A DNA stretch of 64,000 bases from an uncultured Gammaproteobacteria bacterium (GTDB lineage: Bacteria; Patescibacteriota; Microgenomatia; Daviesbacterales; UBA10151), in NCBI GenBank assembly GCA_964500725.1, contig CAZCNP010000001.1:257520-321519 (forward strand), in the 5' to 3' direction. Below are positions 36,601-45,823 of this stretch, piece by piece. A program made the translations under genes and the position numbers. How positions within the stretch are numbered: position 1 is the first letter of the stretch; each line of letters begins with the position of its first letter. Under the pieces are notes generated by a model, which worked only from the letters and a program-made list of their open reading frames with translations, was not told where the DNA came from and did no database searches.

Positions 36601-38104
36601 CCCAGCCCCGAGTTGTCGGGTCCGCCCATAGGGCGGACCATTGGTTTAGAGCTTTACAGTAAACTTTTTTGTCTTTTAGTGTGAGGTCCGAGCCGAAGAT
36701 TTTTAAAGCAAGTACCTTTTTTGCCTCCATGTTGTTCCCTCTTGCGATATTAGCAACGCTCGCAGCTTCCACTATCCAGTTTTTGAAAGGTCCGAGCCAA
36801 GCATTTTTACTTTGTTGAAAAGAAAAAATCTGTTCTTCTAATTTTTTCTTTAAAGCAAGCAATTGGGATTTTTTAAGCAGATAATCATTTCTCTCAATAT
36901 CTTGGTCAAGATAGGAATCTAATAAGCGTTGGAGTTTAGAGGAAATTAGTTTAATCTCTGCTTGCTTTTCCTCAACAAACGACTGACAGGATTGGGATAC
37001 ACTCTTTTCTTCTAAGGATAACTTATCAAGCATTTTAGCTGCCCAATTTGTCTTCAAAGAAACTGTGGCTATATTATCTGAAAGCTGTCTATCTAAATCC
37101 TCTTGTCGAATAAAGGGCTCGCTACATTTAACAGTTTTGGACTTTTTCGTACAACGATAGTAAATATATGTCACATCTCTGTTAGTTCCTTGGTAATGTT
37201 TAGTCTTTTGCTCAGCAGTAATCATAAAACCACACTGCCCACAGCGAAAAAGTCCTGTAAAAGGCTTTGTTGGCCTAATATCATGCCAAGATCTACTCTT
37301 TTTGCGCCAAACTTCATGAACTTGATCCCACAGTTTCTTTGTAATGATTGGCTCATGTTTGCCTTCGTGGATCTCTCCTAAATATCTAAAATGGCCATAG
37401 TAGAATGGGTTAGATAAAATTTGTTTACTTACTCTATCAATTTTCAAAACCTTGCCATTCCTACCTACTATGCCATTTTTAGCCAAAAAGTGACATATAT
37501 CTAAAATTCTAAACTTCCTTGTTGCAAACATCTCAAAAGCTCTAACAACAGAAGGAGCTTTTCGCCTGTCAACAATAATAGTTTTAGTTCTTGAATCATT
37601 TATGTACCCAATAGGTGCAAGCTGAGGACATTCACCACGTCTTACTTTTTGGCGTAATCCTCTTTTGGTGTTTTCTGACAGAGAGTCCACGAAGTATTTA
37701 CTTTGCCCAAAGGCGATGGTGAGCATAAATTTTCCTTGAGGAGTAGGATCAAACCAGAATTGAGGAAACTTTAAGGCTTTAATTTTCTCAGTGTCAACAA
37801 GATAGATAATTTTGCCACCATCTACACTATTGCGAGCAAGTCTGTCTGGATGCCAAGCCAAAATACCAGAGGCCTCATTTTTTTCAATTCGCTCAACCAT
37901 AGAATTGAAAATTGGCCTGCCAGGTATTTTGGCAGATTGTTTCTCGATAAGTTCTTCTACTATGTATAAATCCTCACGCTTGGCAAACTCACGTAGCTCG
38001 GTAAGTTGCGCTTCAATAGATAACACCTGTTTATCCTCTACATCTGTAGACTTGCGAGCATATAATATGAATTTTTGCAAAGTATTACTGGTAGTTTGTT
38101 CCAT
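36551..38104 (-). CDS. Large serine recombinase (integrase)
   Basis: YARKST catalytic Ser, SIEAQL, SAKIPGRPIF, DRLARN, recombinase domain (LSNPFYYG, GKHEPII), Zn ribbon CGQCG...YYRC, coiled coil. The C-terminus reads antisense through the tRNA 3' exon. Alternative start at 38122. Confidence 0.95.
   Translation of the reverse strand: MEQTTSNTLQKFILYARKSTDVEDKQVLSIEAQLTELREFAKREDLYIVEELIEKQSAKIPGRPIFNSMVERIEKNEASGILAWHPDRLARNSVDGGKIIYLVDTEKIKALKFPQFWFDPTPQGKFMLTIAFGQSKYFVDSLSENTKRGLRQKVRRGECPQLAPIGYINDSRTKTIIVDRRKAPSVVRAFEMFATRKFRILDICHFLAKNGIVGRNGKVLKIDRVSKQILSNPFYYGHFRYLGEIHEGKHEPIITKKLWDQVHEVWRKKSRSWHDIRPTKPFTGLFRCGQCGFMITAEQKTKHYQGTNRDVTYIYYRCTKKSKTVKCSEPFIRQEDLDRQLSDNIATVSLKTNWAAKMLDKLSLEEKSVSQSCQSFVEEKQAEIKLISSKLQRLLDSYLDQDIERNDYLLKKSQLLALKKKLEEQIFSFQQSKNAWLGPFKNWIVEAASVANIARGNNMEAKKVLALKIFGSDLTLKDKKVYCKALNQWSALWADPTTRGWEPTAGIEPATPFFAFG
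36607..36671. repeat. Inverted repeat A, left copy (pairs with 38474-38538)
   Basis: 65 bp identical in inverted orientation; contains the hairpin GGTCCGCCC-ATA-GGGCGGACC. Confidence 0.95.
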
Positions 38105-38139
38105 AAAAATACAAATAAACAAAACAATAAATCAAGAAA

Positions 38140-38285
38140 CATTTAAGTGGGAAAAGATGTGAGAGTGTAATTTACTTACCTCTCACTATTTCCACTTAAA
38201 TGGCCGCTCCGGTGCACTCAATCCAAGTTGCCTCGAATTGTCCGAAACGGCCATTAAAAAAGACAACCTTTAAGGACTGAGTGCA
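38140..38285 (-). ncRNA. Putative structured cis-regulatory leader RNA of the integrase
   Basis: Three helices whose non-Watson-Crick pairs are all G-U on the minus strand, then a long hairpin and a U-rich tract. TGnTATATT -10 at 38291-38299. Confidence 0.6.
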
Positions 38286-38473
38286 TTTTCAATATATCAA
38301 ACTGCCAGAAAAAGACAATATAGCAAAAATTCAAATTCTTTTATTTTGGGCAAAGTTTCCGAATTTAGTAGGATTTATTAATGTGATTACTAAGAATAAA
38401 ATATCGCAAGAGATTAAAAATTAAAAAAGGTACTGCGGTTAAATCTTTCGGCTCTGTTTTTCTCTTTGCTCTT

Positions 38474-38843
38474 CAAAAAAGTTTACTGTAAAGCTCTAAA
38501 CCAATGGTCCGCCCTATGGGCGGACCCGACAACTCGGGATTGGGAGCAGATATACGATATCGCTCGAACATATTTTATCAATAACTTTTAGGGAATGAAA
38601 GCTTGCAAGGAAAAGGGGTAAAGGGGAAAAGGAATTGCAAGCTTCCGCTGCAAAATACGTAACCTGACGCATTATTGGTCGGCTTCCAAGGCATATCCGC
38701 TTTCCACCTTGGTACTAATCCCTACCTTAAACTTAAATCCTTCAAGGCTTTAAATCTGATGCATGCATTTGCGGTTCGCTTCGCTCAGTCCCGCTTCGCG
38801 GGACTTCGCTAAACAAAAATATATTATTTGGGGGAAAATTTCG
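38474..38843 (+). repeat. Internal attP-like copy in inverted orientation (IR-A right copy joined to IR-B left copy)
   Basis: 38474-38538 is the reverse complement of 36607-36671. 38536-38843 is similar to the reverse complement of 51927-52232. Encodes KKVYCKALNQWSALWADPTTRDWEQIYDIARTYFINNF* (stop 38589-38591). Confidence 0.9.
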
Positions 38844-38955
38844 CTTTTTCTCTTCTATATTGTTTGAATTATTTATTCTAATAAATATTTTTTATCTGAG
38901 TAACAAGTAGGATTGATACATGATTTAGATGATTTAGAGAGAAGGATTGAGGATT

Positions 38956-39729
38956 TTAGGGTTTGTAATTAGGGTAAAAATATTGCCATTCCATATTTTT
39001 GATACTTTGTTGAAAATCCTCAGGTATAGGTGCTTGTATAGTTCTCATATTTAATTTGATAGGATGTTGGAAAGTCAGTTCAAAAGCATGCAACATAGTT
39101 CTAGTAGCTCTAATAGCATCTCCACAATATAAGTAATCTCCCACAATAGGGTGTTTTAGATAGTCTGCTGAAACAACCCTAATTTGGTGGGTTCTACCAG
39201 TAACAATCTGCACCTCAGTTAAAGTTCTTATTCGTCCTTCGCCATCTTTTAAGCAAACAAGGGGTTTAAAAAAGGTGATTGAGTTTTTAGCTCCTGGAGG
39301 AATAAAACCTCTACCCGATTGTTCTGGTGTAACGATCTGCATTCTTTCAGTTTGAGTTGGAGCAATTGGTAATTCCGCTTTAAAAGGCTCTTTAAAATCC
39401 AATTCGCCTTCTAAAATCGCCAGATAGATCTTTCTCATGTTGGATCCTGCTTTGTTGGCAAATTGATCAAACAGCGAGATAAAAGCGGGACGAGTTTTGG
39501 AAAAAACCATTACACCTGTGGTATCTCTATCTAATCTGTTAGCTCGTTGCGTATTCCAACCTCTTAAGTGCTTTGCAATTTCTTCTATTCCAACTGGATT
39601 TACTTCTGAGTAATGAGAAGCAATGCCAGCGGGTTTGTTAATAATCAAAACATCCTGATCTTCATAGAGTACATGTTTATCAAAAGCATTAAGGAATTCC
39701 CAGGCTAATTGGTCTCTACCTGCAAGCAT
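38956..39729 (-). CDS. RluA-family pseudouridine synthase domain
   Basis: LYEDQDVLIINKPAG, NRLDRDTTG (catalytic Asp), KIYLAI, TGRTHQIRV, HPIVGD..Y, LHAFELTFQHP. Confidence 0.92.
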   Translation of the reverse strand: MLAGRDQLAWEFLNAFDKHVLYEDQDVLIINKPAGIASHYSEVNPVGIEEIAKHLRGWNTQRANRLDRDTTGVMVFSKTRPAFISLFDQFANKAGSNMRKIYLAILEGELDFKEPFKAELPIAPTQTERMQIVTPEQSGRGFIPPGAKNSITFFKPLVCLKDGEGRIRTLTEVQIVTGRTHQIRVVSADYLKHPIVGDYLYCGDAIRATRTMLHAFELTFQHPIKLNMRTIQAPIPEDFQQSIKNMEWQYFYPNYKP

Positions 39730-39856
39730 TATATCAGGGTTGCCACCCCTGCGGTTGATTTGATCAAGTAACCATCTGTTAAAATCCTCAGTTGTAGTAG
39801 GATGACCTAGAAGCTCTCCAGAGGCTGAAAAAATAATAGTTCTTTTTGAGGAAATC

Positions 39857-41038
39857 TCAGCTGGATTTTTTTTCCCAACCTGCAGCTAACAATTCTTTAA
39901 CTTGCTTATTTGTTGCAAGAGGAGCTAGTACCCCAAAAACTACTAAAGCATCTTGGTCTTCAACATTAGCAACAAAGGTATTTTGTTTATCTTCTACAAA
40001 CCTAGTCAGTTTTGCTTGCAGAACTGCTTTACTGCGTTCATCTGAAGAACTTTCAACTTGATTGTTTAGGCTGTCTTGAATGCGTTGTAATTCTTCTTTG
40101 TCATCAGCTTTGATTGCAATTCCTAGTTTTTGTAAAATCTTTTGATCTACTTCCCCAAGCAGCCTACTTAAACGGTAAATTTCTGCTTTAGTTAATATTG
40201 GATCCACTTCCAAAACTTCTTGAGTAGGCGCTTCTTCTGGAGTTTGAGTTTGAATTTCAGAAGCATCAGGCTGTGCTATTTCATTAGGTGTGAATATAAT
40301 AGAACCTGAACTCTGAGCAGGTTCTGGTGATTTTGCTGGCAGAGTTACAATAGGTGTCTCAGCTGATTTTTTCGCTTTTGCTGGTCTTGGAGCTTGTTCC
40401 TTTGCTTTTGCGATTGGGATAGATGTGGCTGCTGCGGACTTGATGGACTCAACAGGCTTTGGTTCAAGGGTATAAGTAGCCTTTTCAGTCATATTGGAAG
40501 ACCTGATAGTAGCAATAGTATATCCTTGATCTACCAGTTTTGGTCTGATATTAGTTAAAAGAAGATTAGTATTGTTCTTAGAAATACCTAAGGCCTCAGC
40601 CAATTCAACATTAGTTGGTCTTTTAGTGGGGTTTGATAAAAACCAATCTACCATTTGTGTCTCTCTGGGACTTAAACCGGTGAAGATTGGTTTTACTACT
40701 GGCATTGATGTTTCAACAGGACTCTCTGGAACTGGTGCAGTACTAACAATTGGAGCGGTAGGATGTTCTTCTGGCTTGGTGACTTGGGGTATGGATCTTC
40801 CTAGGTAATCTTCAGCGGGTGGTTCTATACCCAGTCTTTTTCTGATTAAATTATTTATTTCTGGAACTATAACGTCTATTTGTCTAGCTGCTTTAATCTC
40901 TGAACGGACTTGAGTAGCCAGCGTTTCAGCTTCATCAATTCTTCCTTCTCTTAAAAGAACAGCACTTTGTTCAGATAACTGAGAGGCCCTGATCATTCTT
41001 TCTTGCTTAACAGTAAATAGAATTCTTTCAATAGCCAT
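39857..41038 (-). CDS. Hypothetical protein with central winged-HTH and Pro-rich linkers; possibly frameshift-fused to the RluA domain
   Basis: LSPRETQMV...PTNVELAEALGISKNNTNLLLTNIRPKL HTH; ends just after an A8 run. Confidence 0.75.
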   Translation of the reverse strand: MAIERILFTVKQERMIRASQLSEQSAVLLREGRIDEAETLATQVRSEIKAARQIDVIVPEINNLIRKRLGIEPPAEDYLGRSIPQVTKPEEHPTAPIVSTAPVPESPVETSMPVVKPIFTGLSPRETQMVDWFLSNPTKRPTNVELAEALGISKNNTNLLLTNIRPKLVDQGYTIATIRSSNMTEKATYTLEPKPVESIKSAAATSIPIAKAKEQAPRPAKAKKSAETPIVTLPAKSPEPAQSSGSIIFTPNEIAQPDASEIQTQTPEEAPTQEVLEVDPILTKAEIYRLSRLLGEVDQKILQKLGIAIKADDKEELQRIQDSLNNQVESSSDERSKAVLQAKLTRFVEDKQNTFVANVEDQDALVVFGVLAPLATNKQVKELLAAGWEKKSS

Positions 41039-41101
41039 AATATCTTATAATAAGTGTAATTTATACACCTTCTATCTATAAAAGTCAAGCCTCAGCTGAA
41101 T

Positions 41102-44100
41102 CTAAGAGATTCTACCTTGTTTGCGTAACTTAGCTGCAACAGAAACTATCCTTAAGAGTGGTACATCCAAAGCTTCAGCGATCTGAGGATAGGTTAGAGT
41201 TGGGTTTTGATTTACAAAACTTACCAGACTATTGGTAAGTTCTTCATTTTGTTCAACAGCAGATCTTCGCTGGGTTGTTCTACCATCTCTGACAGGCTGT
41301 ATCTCACCATCTTTAATTAACTTGGCTGCAGATGAGGTGATACTGCTATAAGACTTACCTGTTAAAACTATTATTTGAGCATTACTAAAGCCACAGTTTC
41401 TAAGATCTCTGACTAGATTACCCACGATCCGTTTTCTGCCTGGTTTTTCTTCTTCTTTGTCATCTGCTTTTTGGTTTATTATTATATTTTGGGCAAGTAG
41501 TAGAGCTGCTTTTTGAATTGCCTGATGTGCTCTGTCTTCTACCTCTTTAGCTGTTATACCAAAAATAAGGCCTAGGCGTAGCTGGGTGGTCTCTGAAGAA
41601 CCAATACTTCTCAAATACATAGATAATAAACTTTGTTGCTGAGGAGAGAGTTGTTGTTTTACTTCTGGTCTTTGTATAGCTTGTTTGTAAACCTGCTTAC
41701 ACCAATCAATATCCCTGAAATTGATTTCTAATTTACCAGCTAGTTGATCCGCAATTGTGGGTGAAGAAATTGATGGCGAAGGTTCATCAGGAAAGAGTCC
41801 CAATCTAAAAGCGACTCTTTCAGCACTGGCACCACCATATAATATACCAGGCTGATCTTTTTCCCACCAACGAGTTTGCCTTTCTAATCCTTCATCACCC
41901 CTTAGTTTACCAAGACCTGCACCCTCAAGTTGTCTTACTCGTTCTCTTGTGATGCCTAACTGTCTACCAACTTCCTCTAGTGTTCTTTTCTCTCCAGCAC
42001 CATCCAAATTAAATCTTAATGTTAGTACATCGCGTTCTTTTTCATTTAAATGTTGGGCAAATGCTCGCTCGATCTCTGTTCTAAGTGCGTTGTGTTCTGA
42101 TTCTCTTGTTACTATTTCCTCAATAGATTCACTGGGATCTGATATAAGATCCCCTACGGATTTGCTGTCTTGATCATCCTCATCAAATGTTTCGTCTAAA
42201 GAGGCAACGGTCAGTATCTGAGAATAATATATGCTTAAGGCATTATTAATTGTGCCCTTAGACAGCTTAGTTTTTTCTGCCAGTAGTTGCTCCAGCTCCT
42301 CAAGGTTGGGTTCGTGTCCTCGGGCAACTGTAAATTCCCTAGCTATTTTTCTAGTTTTGCTTAATCTATCTTCTGCATGAACAGGTAATCTGATTAACCG
42401 ACTTTTATCTTTAATAGCTCGATCTATAGATTGTCTGATCCAGTGAGTGACATAGGTAGAGAATTTCGTGCCTCGGGAAACGTCAAATTTATCAATCGCT
42501 CTTAATAAACCAAAGCTGCCTTCTTGAATCAAATCAATGAGTGGTAACCCCATATCTCGATGTTTGTTGGCAATTGATGCAACTAAAAGGTAATTACAAT
42601 TTGCTACTAGATGTTGTAAATTAGGACTCTGGGCAATTGCATTTCTCATTTTGTCCCGATCTTTCTCTGGTGTAACTTCCATAAAGGTTGGATCATTAAC
42701 CAAATCAGCAATTGCGGCCCCTCTATCAAGATACTCAAAAATCAATTTTTCTAGTTGGGCTGTCAATAATGGGAAATGACTGATTTGTCTAAAAAATGCT
42801 TCTTCAACTGAGTTTTCCCCGTTTGCTCCATCTACAGTTACAGATGGTGTCTTAAGATACTGGTCAAAAAGTCCATAATCTATCTGTTCGAAAAAGGCAA
42901 GAGCTTGTTTTTGTTGTTCGCTCAAGACTAGGGGTCCCTTTTTTCTCTCTTTCAATCTTGATGTTTTGGTTACAAAACCTGTACTAAAATCAACTTGTCC
43001 TAGAGCGACAGATTCAGCAGCTCGGGCCACTGATTGATAAATATCTTTTGATTCCACAAAAAACAATCCATCCACTACTGCCTCAAACATAGTAAGTTCT
43101 GACATTAAGTGTCCAATCACCCTTTGATCGTAAGTACCTTTTTCTCTACCTAGAATATCGCCAACCAGATAAGGGATATGAACAGTGACTTGTTCTCTTT
43201 GCCCTAGACGATGAATTCGGTCGATTGCCTGGATATAGCGGCTAATAGCATTAGGAGCGATAAAAAGTATTACCTCTGTAGCTCTATTTTTTGATGAATT
43301 TAATGTAATAGATTCTCCAGCTGTTTGATAATTTCCTACAACTACCCCTAACCCCCCTTCCCCTAAAAAATTATTCTGAATGGACAGTTTTTGTTCATCG
43401 TTTAAGGTACCATCTAAAACACCTACTGGTCTGACCCCCAGAGCCCGCAATCTCTCAGCTATAGCTTTCGTACTAATAGGAGAAGTAAATCTGTTTTCTC
43501 CTTCAACAAAAGGCGTGAAGATAACTACCTTTCGACCTTCAGCTAAAAGTTGTTTAACCTTATCTGCCAACCAAGGCATTTTGACTTGTCCTTCCAATGC
43601 CAGTAATGAATAAAATAAAGAGAAAGAATTGTCTGCATTTTTGATCGCCTGCTCTGCTGCTGACTTGAAACTTTGCTGATGCTCAGGAGACATCGATCCT
43701 AAATCTATCGGTATAAATTTAGTTTCTTTGGCTGGTAACTCAGAAATCTCATCCTTACGGCGTCTCATCATTACTTTCCTTAAAACTTTATATGTTTCAA
43801 CAGGATCGTATCTAATTTTTGCAATCAGCTCTGCTGGGATAAGTTTTGGATTGATCAAATGAGCTAAAATTAATGGTTCAATTAAATCTTTAACAAAAGG
43901 AGTACTAGTTGCAAAAGATACAGTCATCTCAGGGTGATCTTTAATAAACTGATATAAAACTGCAATTCTTTTGGCTATACTTACTCCACCTATTTCTTGT
44001 AAGGGCTTACTTAAGTTTATGGCCTCTATATTTCTAGATTTAATATTATGCGCCTCATCGATTAGAGAAGCAGCAAAAGGAAATTCATTCAACAATCTTC

Positions 44101-45817
44101 TAAAGTTAGGGTGGCGAAAAATATCATAGTTGACTAAAATAACTTGTTTATCCTTAGGGCATGCTTTCAATCGAGCCCTTAACACCTTTATTCGCTCATT
44201 TAAGGTTTTACCCTTAAGTTCTTCTTCAGCTACTGAATTAATATTAACCAAATCAAATCTGTCTGATTGTAAGTGTTTAGCTATTTCTTGTTCAACATTG
44301 GCAATAACTGTTTTACTACCAACTACTAAAACTCTACCTGGTTGTTCCTGTGAACACTCTTTTTTGTCCAGTAAATTTAGAGCTCCTAACATAAAAATAA
44401 GAGTTTTACCAGTTCCAGGTTCATCAGCTAAAATATGGCCACCATTTTCGACAAACTGTTTAATTGCTTCTACCTGATGCAGTAATAAATGTTTTTTATT
44501 ACCTTCTGGATCAAGCGTGGTAAAATAGGCTATCTGAGGAGCAAAATTGGCAATCTCCGCAAAATGTTGATAGATCTGAGGAAAAACTTTAGCATCGAAA
44601 AAATCAGTTAAATTTTTGTCTACATCCTCAGAAGGCATAATCTGTTGCTGGGTATAAATTTTCAAAAATTGGGTAAAAACAGTTGGAGGAATAGTTTTTG
44701 CTCCTGGGTTTTTATCCAAATACAGATTCCAAAACGAAGAAGCAGCTTTATAAAGTTCACTTTTAACAAGAGGTTGATAGTAACCTTCTACCAAAGAAAG
44801 AATGACCTTTTTAGAAGCAGCAGCCACGGCTTGATTATCGCTATCAGCCTGCTTAAAAAATACAACTAACGGATCCGATTGAGACAAAACTTCTTTAGCT
44901 CGATGGGATTTGGTTTGTTCTACAAATTTACTGGCTGTCTGTAAGAGTTTTTTCGCTTCCACCTGGGATAGAGCACCAAAACCACTATCTGGTAATTTTA
45001 CTGATAAATAATTGGTTAGAGCATCCAAAATTAGATCCTGGCTATCTGGTCTTAAAGCTTTAGAAGTTTCTACAACGAAAGTAGCTTCTTCAGTCAGGAA
45101 CCGGCCTACAACTTCCTCGGCATGATCCTCAAAATTTTCAGGGAACTTACCGCAAAGCTGTAATTGAACATTCTCCGGAGCTTTCTGAAAAAACATCTCG
45201 AATCTAGCTTTTCTTCTGGCTGCCGGACTACCAGCTTGAGTTTCATCAGCGTTTGTAACAACATACTGTAAATCCCAAAGGATAGATTCAACATGATGAT
45301 ACTTACCAGTAGCGAATCCTCTATATATAACAGTAGGATTCTCAGGGTCAAATGAGTCTAAAAATTGAGTAAAAGTAATATTCTCCTCAAGCAAACTTAA
45401 ATCATGACCAAAATCACTCCAAAATTTAGGAGTAAATACAAAATCGGCGGATTTGAGCTTAGTTGGAATCCATAATTTTTCAGCCATTAACTGTCTTGAT
45501 TCCGAAACTGTCTGTAGAAATTCTTCTTCCCCAAGAGGGGGTTGAAATTCGGATATTAGTGCTCTAGCTACCCTTTGATCATCTGGACGGCCTGATATAA
45601 AAGAATATCCAAGTCTGAGCATAGAGTACTTACCGCCTCTACCATTGAGAGCATTAGGATTTGCGTCAGGATCGAAAAAGTCAAAGAATTGACCAATATG
45701 CATTTTCCCCCCAACTTTTTCCAAATCTTGCTTTAATCCGCGCCAAAATTCAATTGTGCTAATCCCATCTAAATTTTCAGCGGTAAGAGGAGGTTCCTTT
45801 TCCCTAAGCATAGTCAT
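41102..45817 (-). CDS. SNF2-family helicase/ATPase fused to an RpoD-like sigma70 factor and extra HTH modules
   Basis: SNF2 motifs ILADEPGTGKT, IDEAHNIK, ATSTP, MRRRKDEI, VIFTPF, TAGESITL, QAIDRIHRLGQ. Sigma regions 1.2 QISHFPLL, 2.1 CNYLLVASIANKH, 2.2 DLIQEGSFGLLRAIDKFD, 2.3 KFSTYVTHWIRQ, 3.0 RLIRLPVH, 4.2 RTLEEVGRQLGITRERVRQLE. Confidence 0.92.
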   Translation of the reverse strand: MTMLREKEPPLTAENLDGISTIEFWRGLKQDLEKVGGKMHIGQFFDFFDPDANPNALNGRGGKYSMLRLGYSFISGRPDDQRVARALISEFQPPLGEEEFLQTVSESRQLMAEKLWIPTKLKSADFVFTPKFWSDFGHDLSLLEENITFTQFLDSFDPENPTVIYRGFATGKYHHVESILWDLQYVVTNADETQAGSPAARRKARFEMFFQKAPENVQLQLCGKFPENFEDHAEEVVGRFLTEEATFVVETSKALRPDSQDLILDALTNYLSVKLPDSGFGALSQVEAKKLLQTASKFVEQTKSHRAKEVLSQSDPLVVFFKQADSDNQAVAAASKKVILSLVEGYYQPLVKSELYKAASSFWNLYLDKNPGAKTIPPTVFTQFLKIYTQQQIMPSEDVDKNLTDFFDAKVFPQIYQHFAEIANFAPQIAYFTTLDPEGNKKHLLLHQVEAIKQFVENGGHILADEPGTGKTLIFMLGALNLLDKKECSQEQPGRVLVVGSKTVIANVEQEIAKHLQSDRFDLVNINSVAEEELKGKTLNERIKVLRARLKACPKDKQVILVNYDIFRHPNFRRLLNEFPFAASLIDEAHNIKSRNIEAINLSKPLQEIGGVSIAKRIAVLYQFIKDHPEMTVSFATSTPFVKDLIEPLILAHLINPKLIPAELIAKIRYDPVETYKVLRKVMMRRRKDEISELPAKETKFIPIDLGSMSPEHQQSFKSAAEQAIKNADNSFSLFYSLLALEGQVKMPWLADKVKQLLAEGRKVVIFTPFVEGENRFTSPISTKAIAERLRALGVRPVGVLDGTLNDEQKLSIQNNFLGEGGLGVVVGNYQTAGESITLNSSKNRATEVILFIAPNAISRYIQAIDRIHRLGQREQVTVHIPYLVGDILGREKGTYDQRVIGHLMSELTMFEAVVDGLFFVESKDIYQSVARAAESVALGQVDFSTGFVTKTSRLKERKKGPLVLSEQQKQALAFFEQIDYGLFDQYLKTPSVTVDGANGENSVEEAFFRQISHFPLLTAQLEKLIFEYLDRGAAIADLVNDPTFMEVTPEKDRDKMRNAIAQSPNLQHLVANCNYLLVASIANKHRDMGLPLIDLIQEGSFGLLRAIDKFDVSRGTKFSTYVTHWIRQSIDRAIKDKSRLIRLPVHAEDRLSKTRKIAREFTVARGHEPNLEELEQLLAEKTKLSKGTINNALSIYYSQILTVASLDETFDEDDQDSKSVGDLISDPSESIEEIVTRESEHNALRTEIERAFAQHLNEKERDVLTLRFNLDGAGEKRTLEEVGRQLGITRERVRQLEGAGLGKLRGDEGLERQTRWWEKDQPGILYGGASAERVAFRLGLFPDEPSPSISSPTIADQLAGKLEINFRDIDWCKQVYKQAIQRPEVKQQLSPQQQSLLSMYLRSIGSSETTQLRLGLIFGITAKEVEDRAHQAIQKAALLLAQNIIINQKADDKEEEKPGRKRIVGNLVRDLRNCGFSNAQIIVLTGKSYSSITSSAAKLIKDGEIQPVRDGRTTQRRSAVEQNEELTNSLVSFVNQNPTLTYPQIAEALDVPLLRIVSVAAKLRKQGRIS

Positions 45818-45823
45818 GTTATT

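Noticed and set aside
38340-38591. Diverged copy of the integrase 3' end as a DGR template/variable repeat pair
   Set aside because: Differences are not limited to adenines, include indels, and no reverse transcriptase is in the window. Treated as an att-like copy instead.
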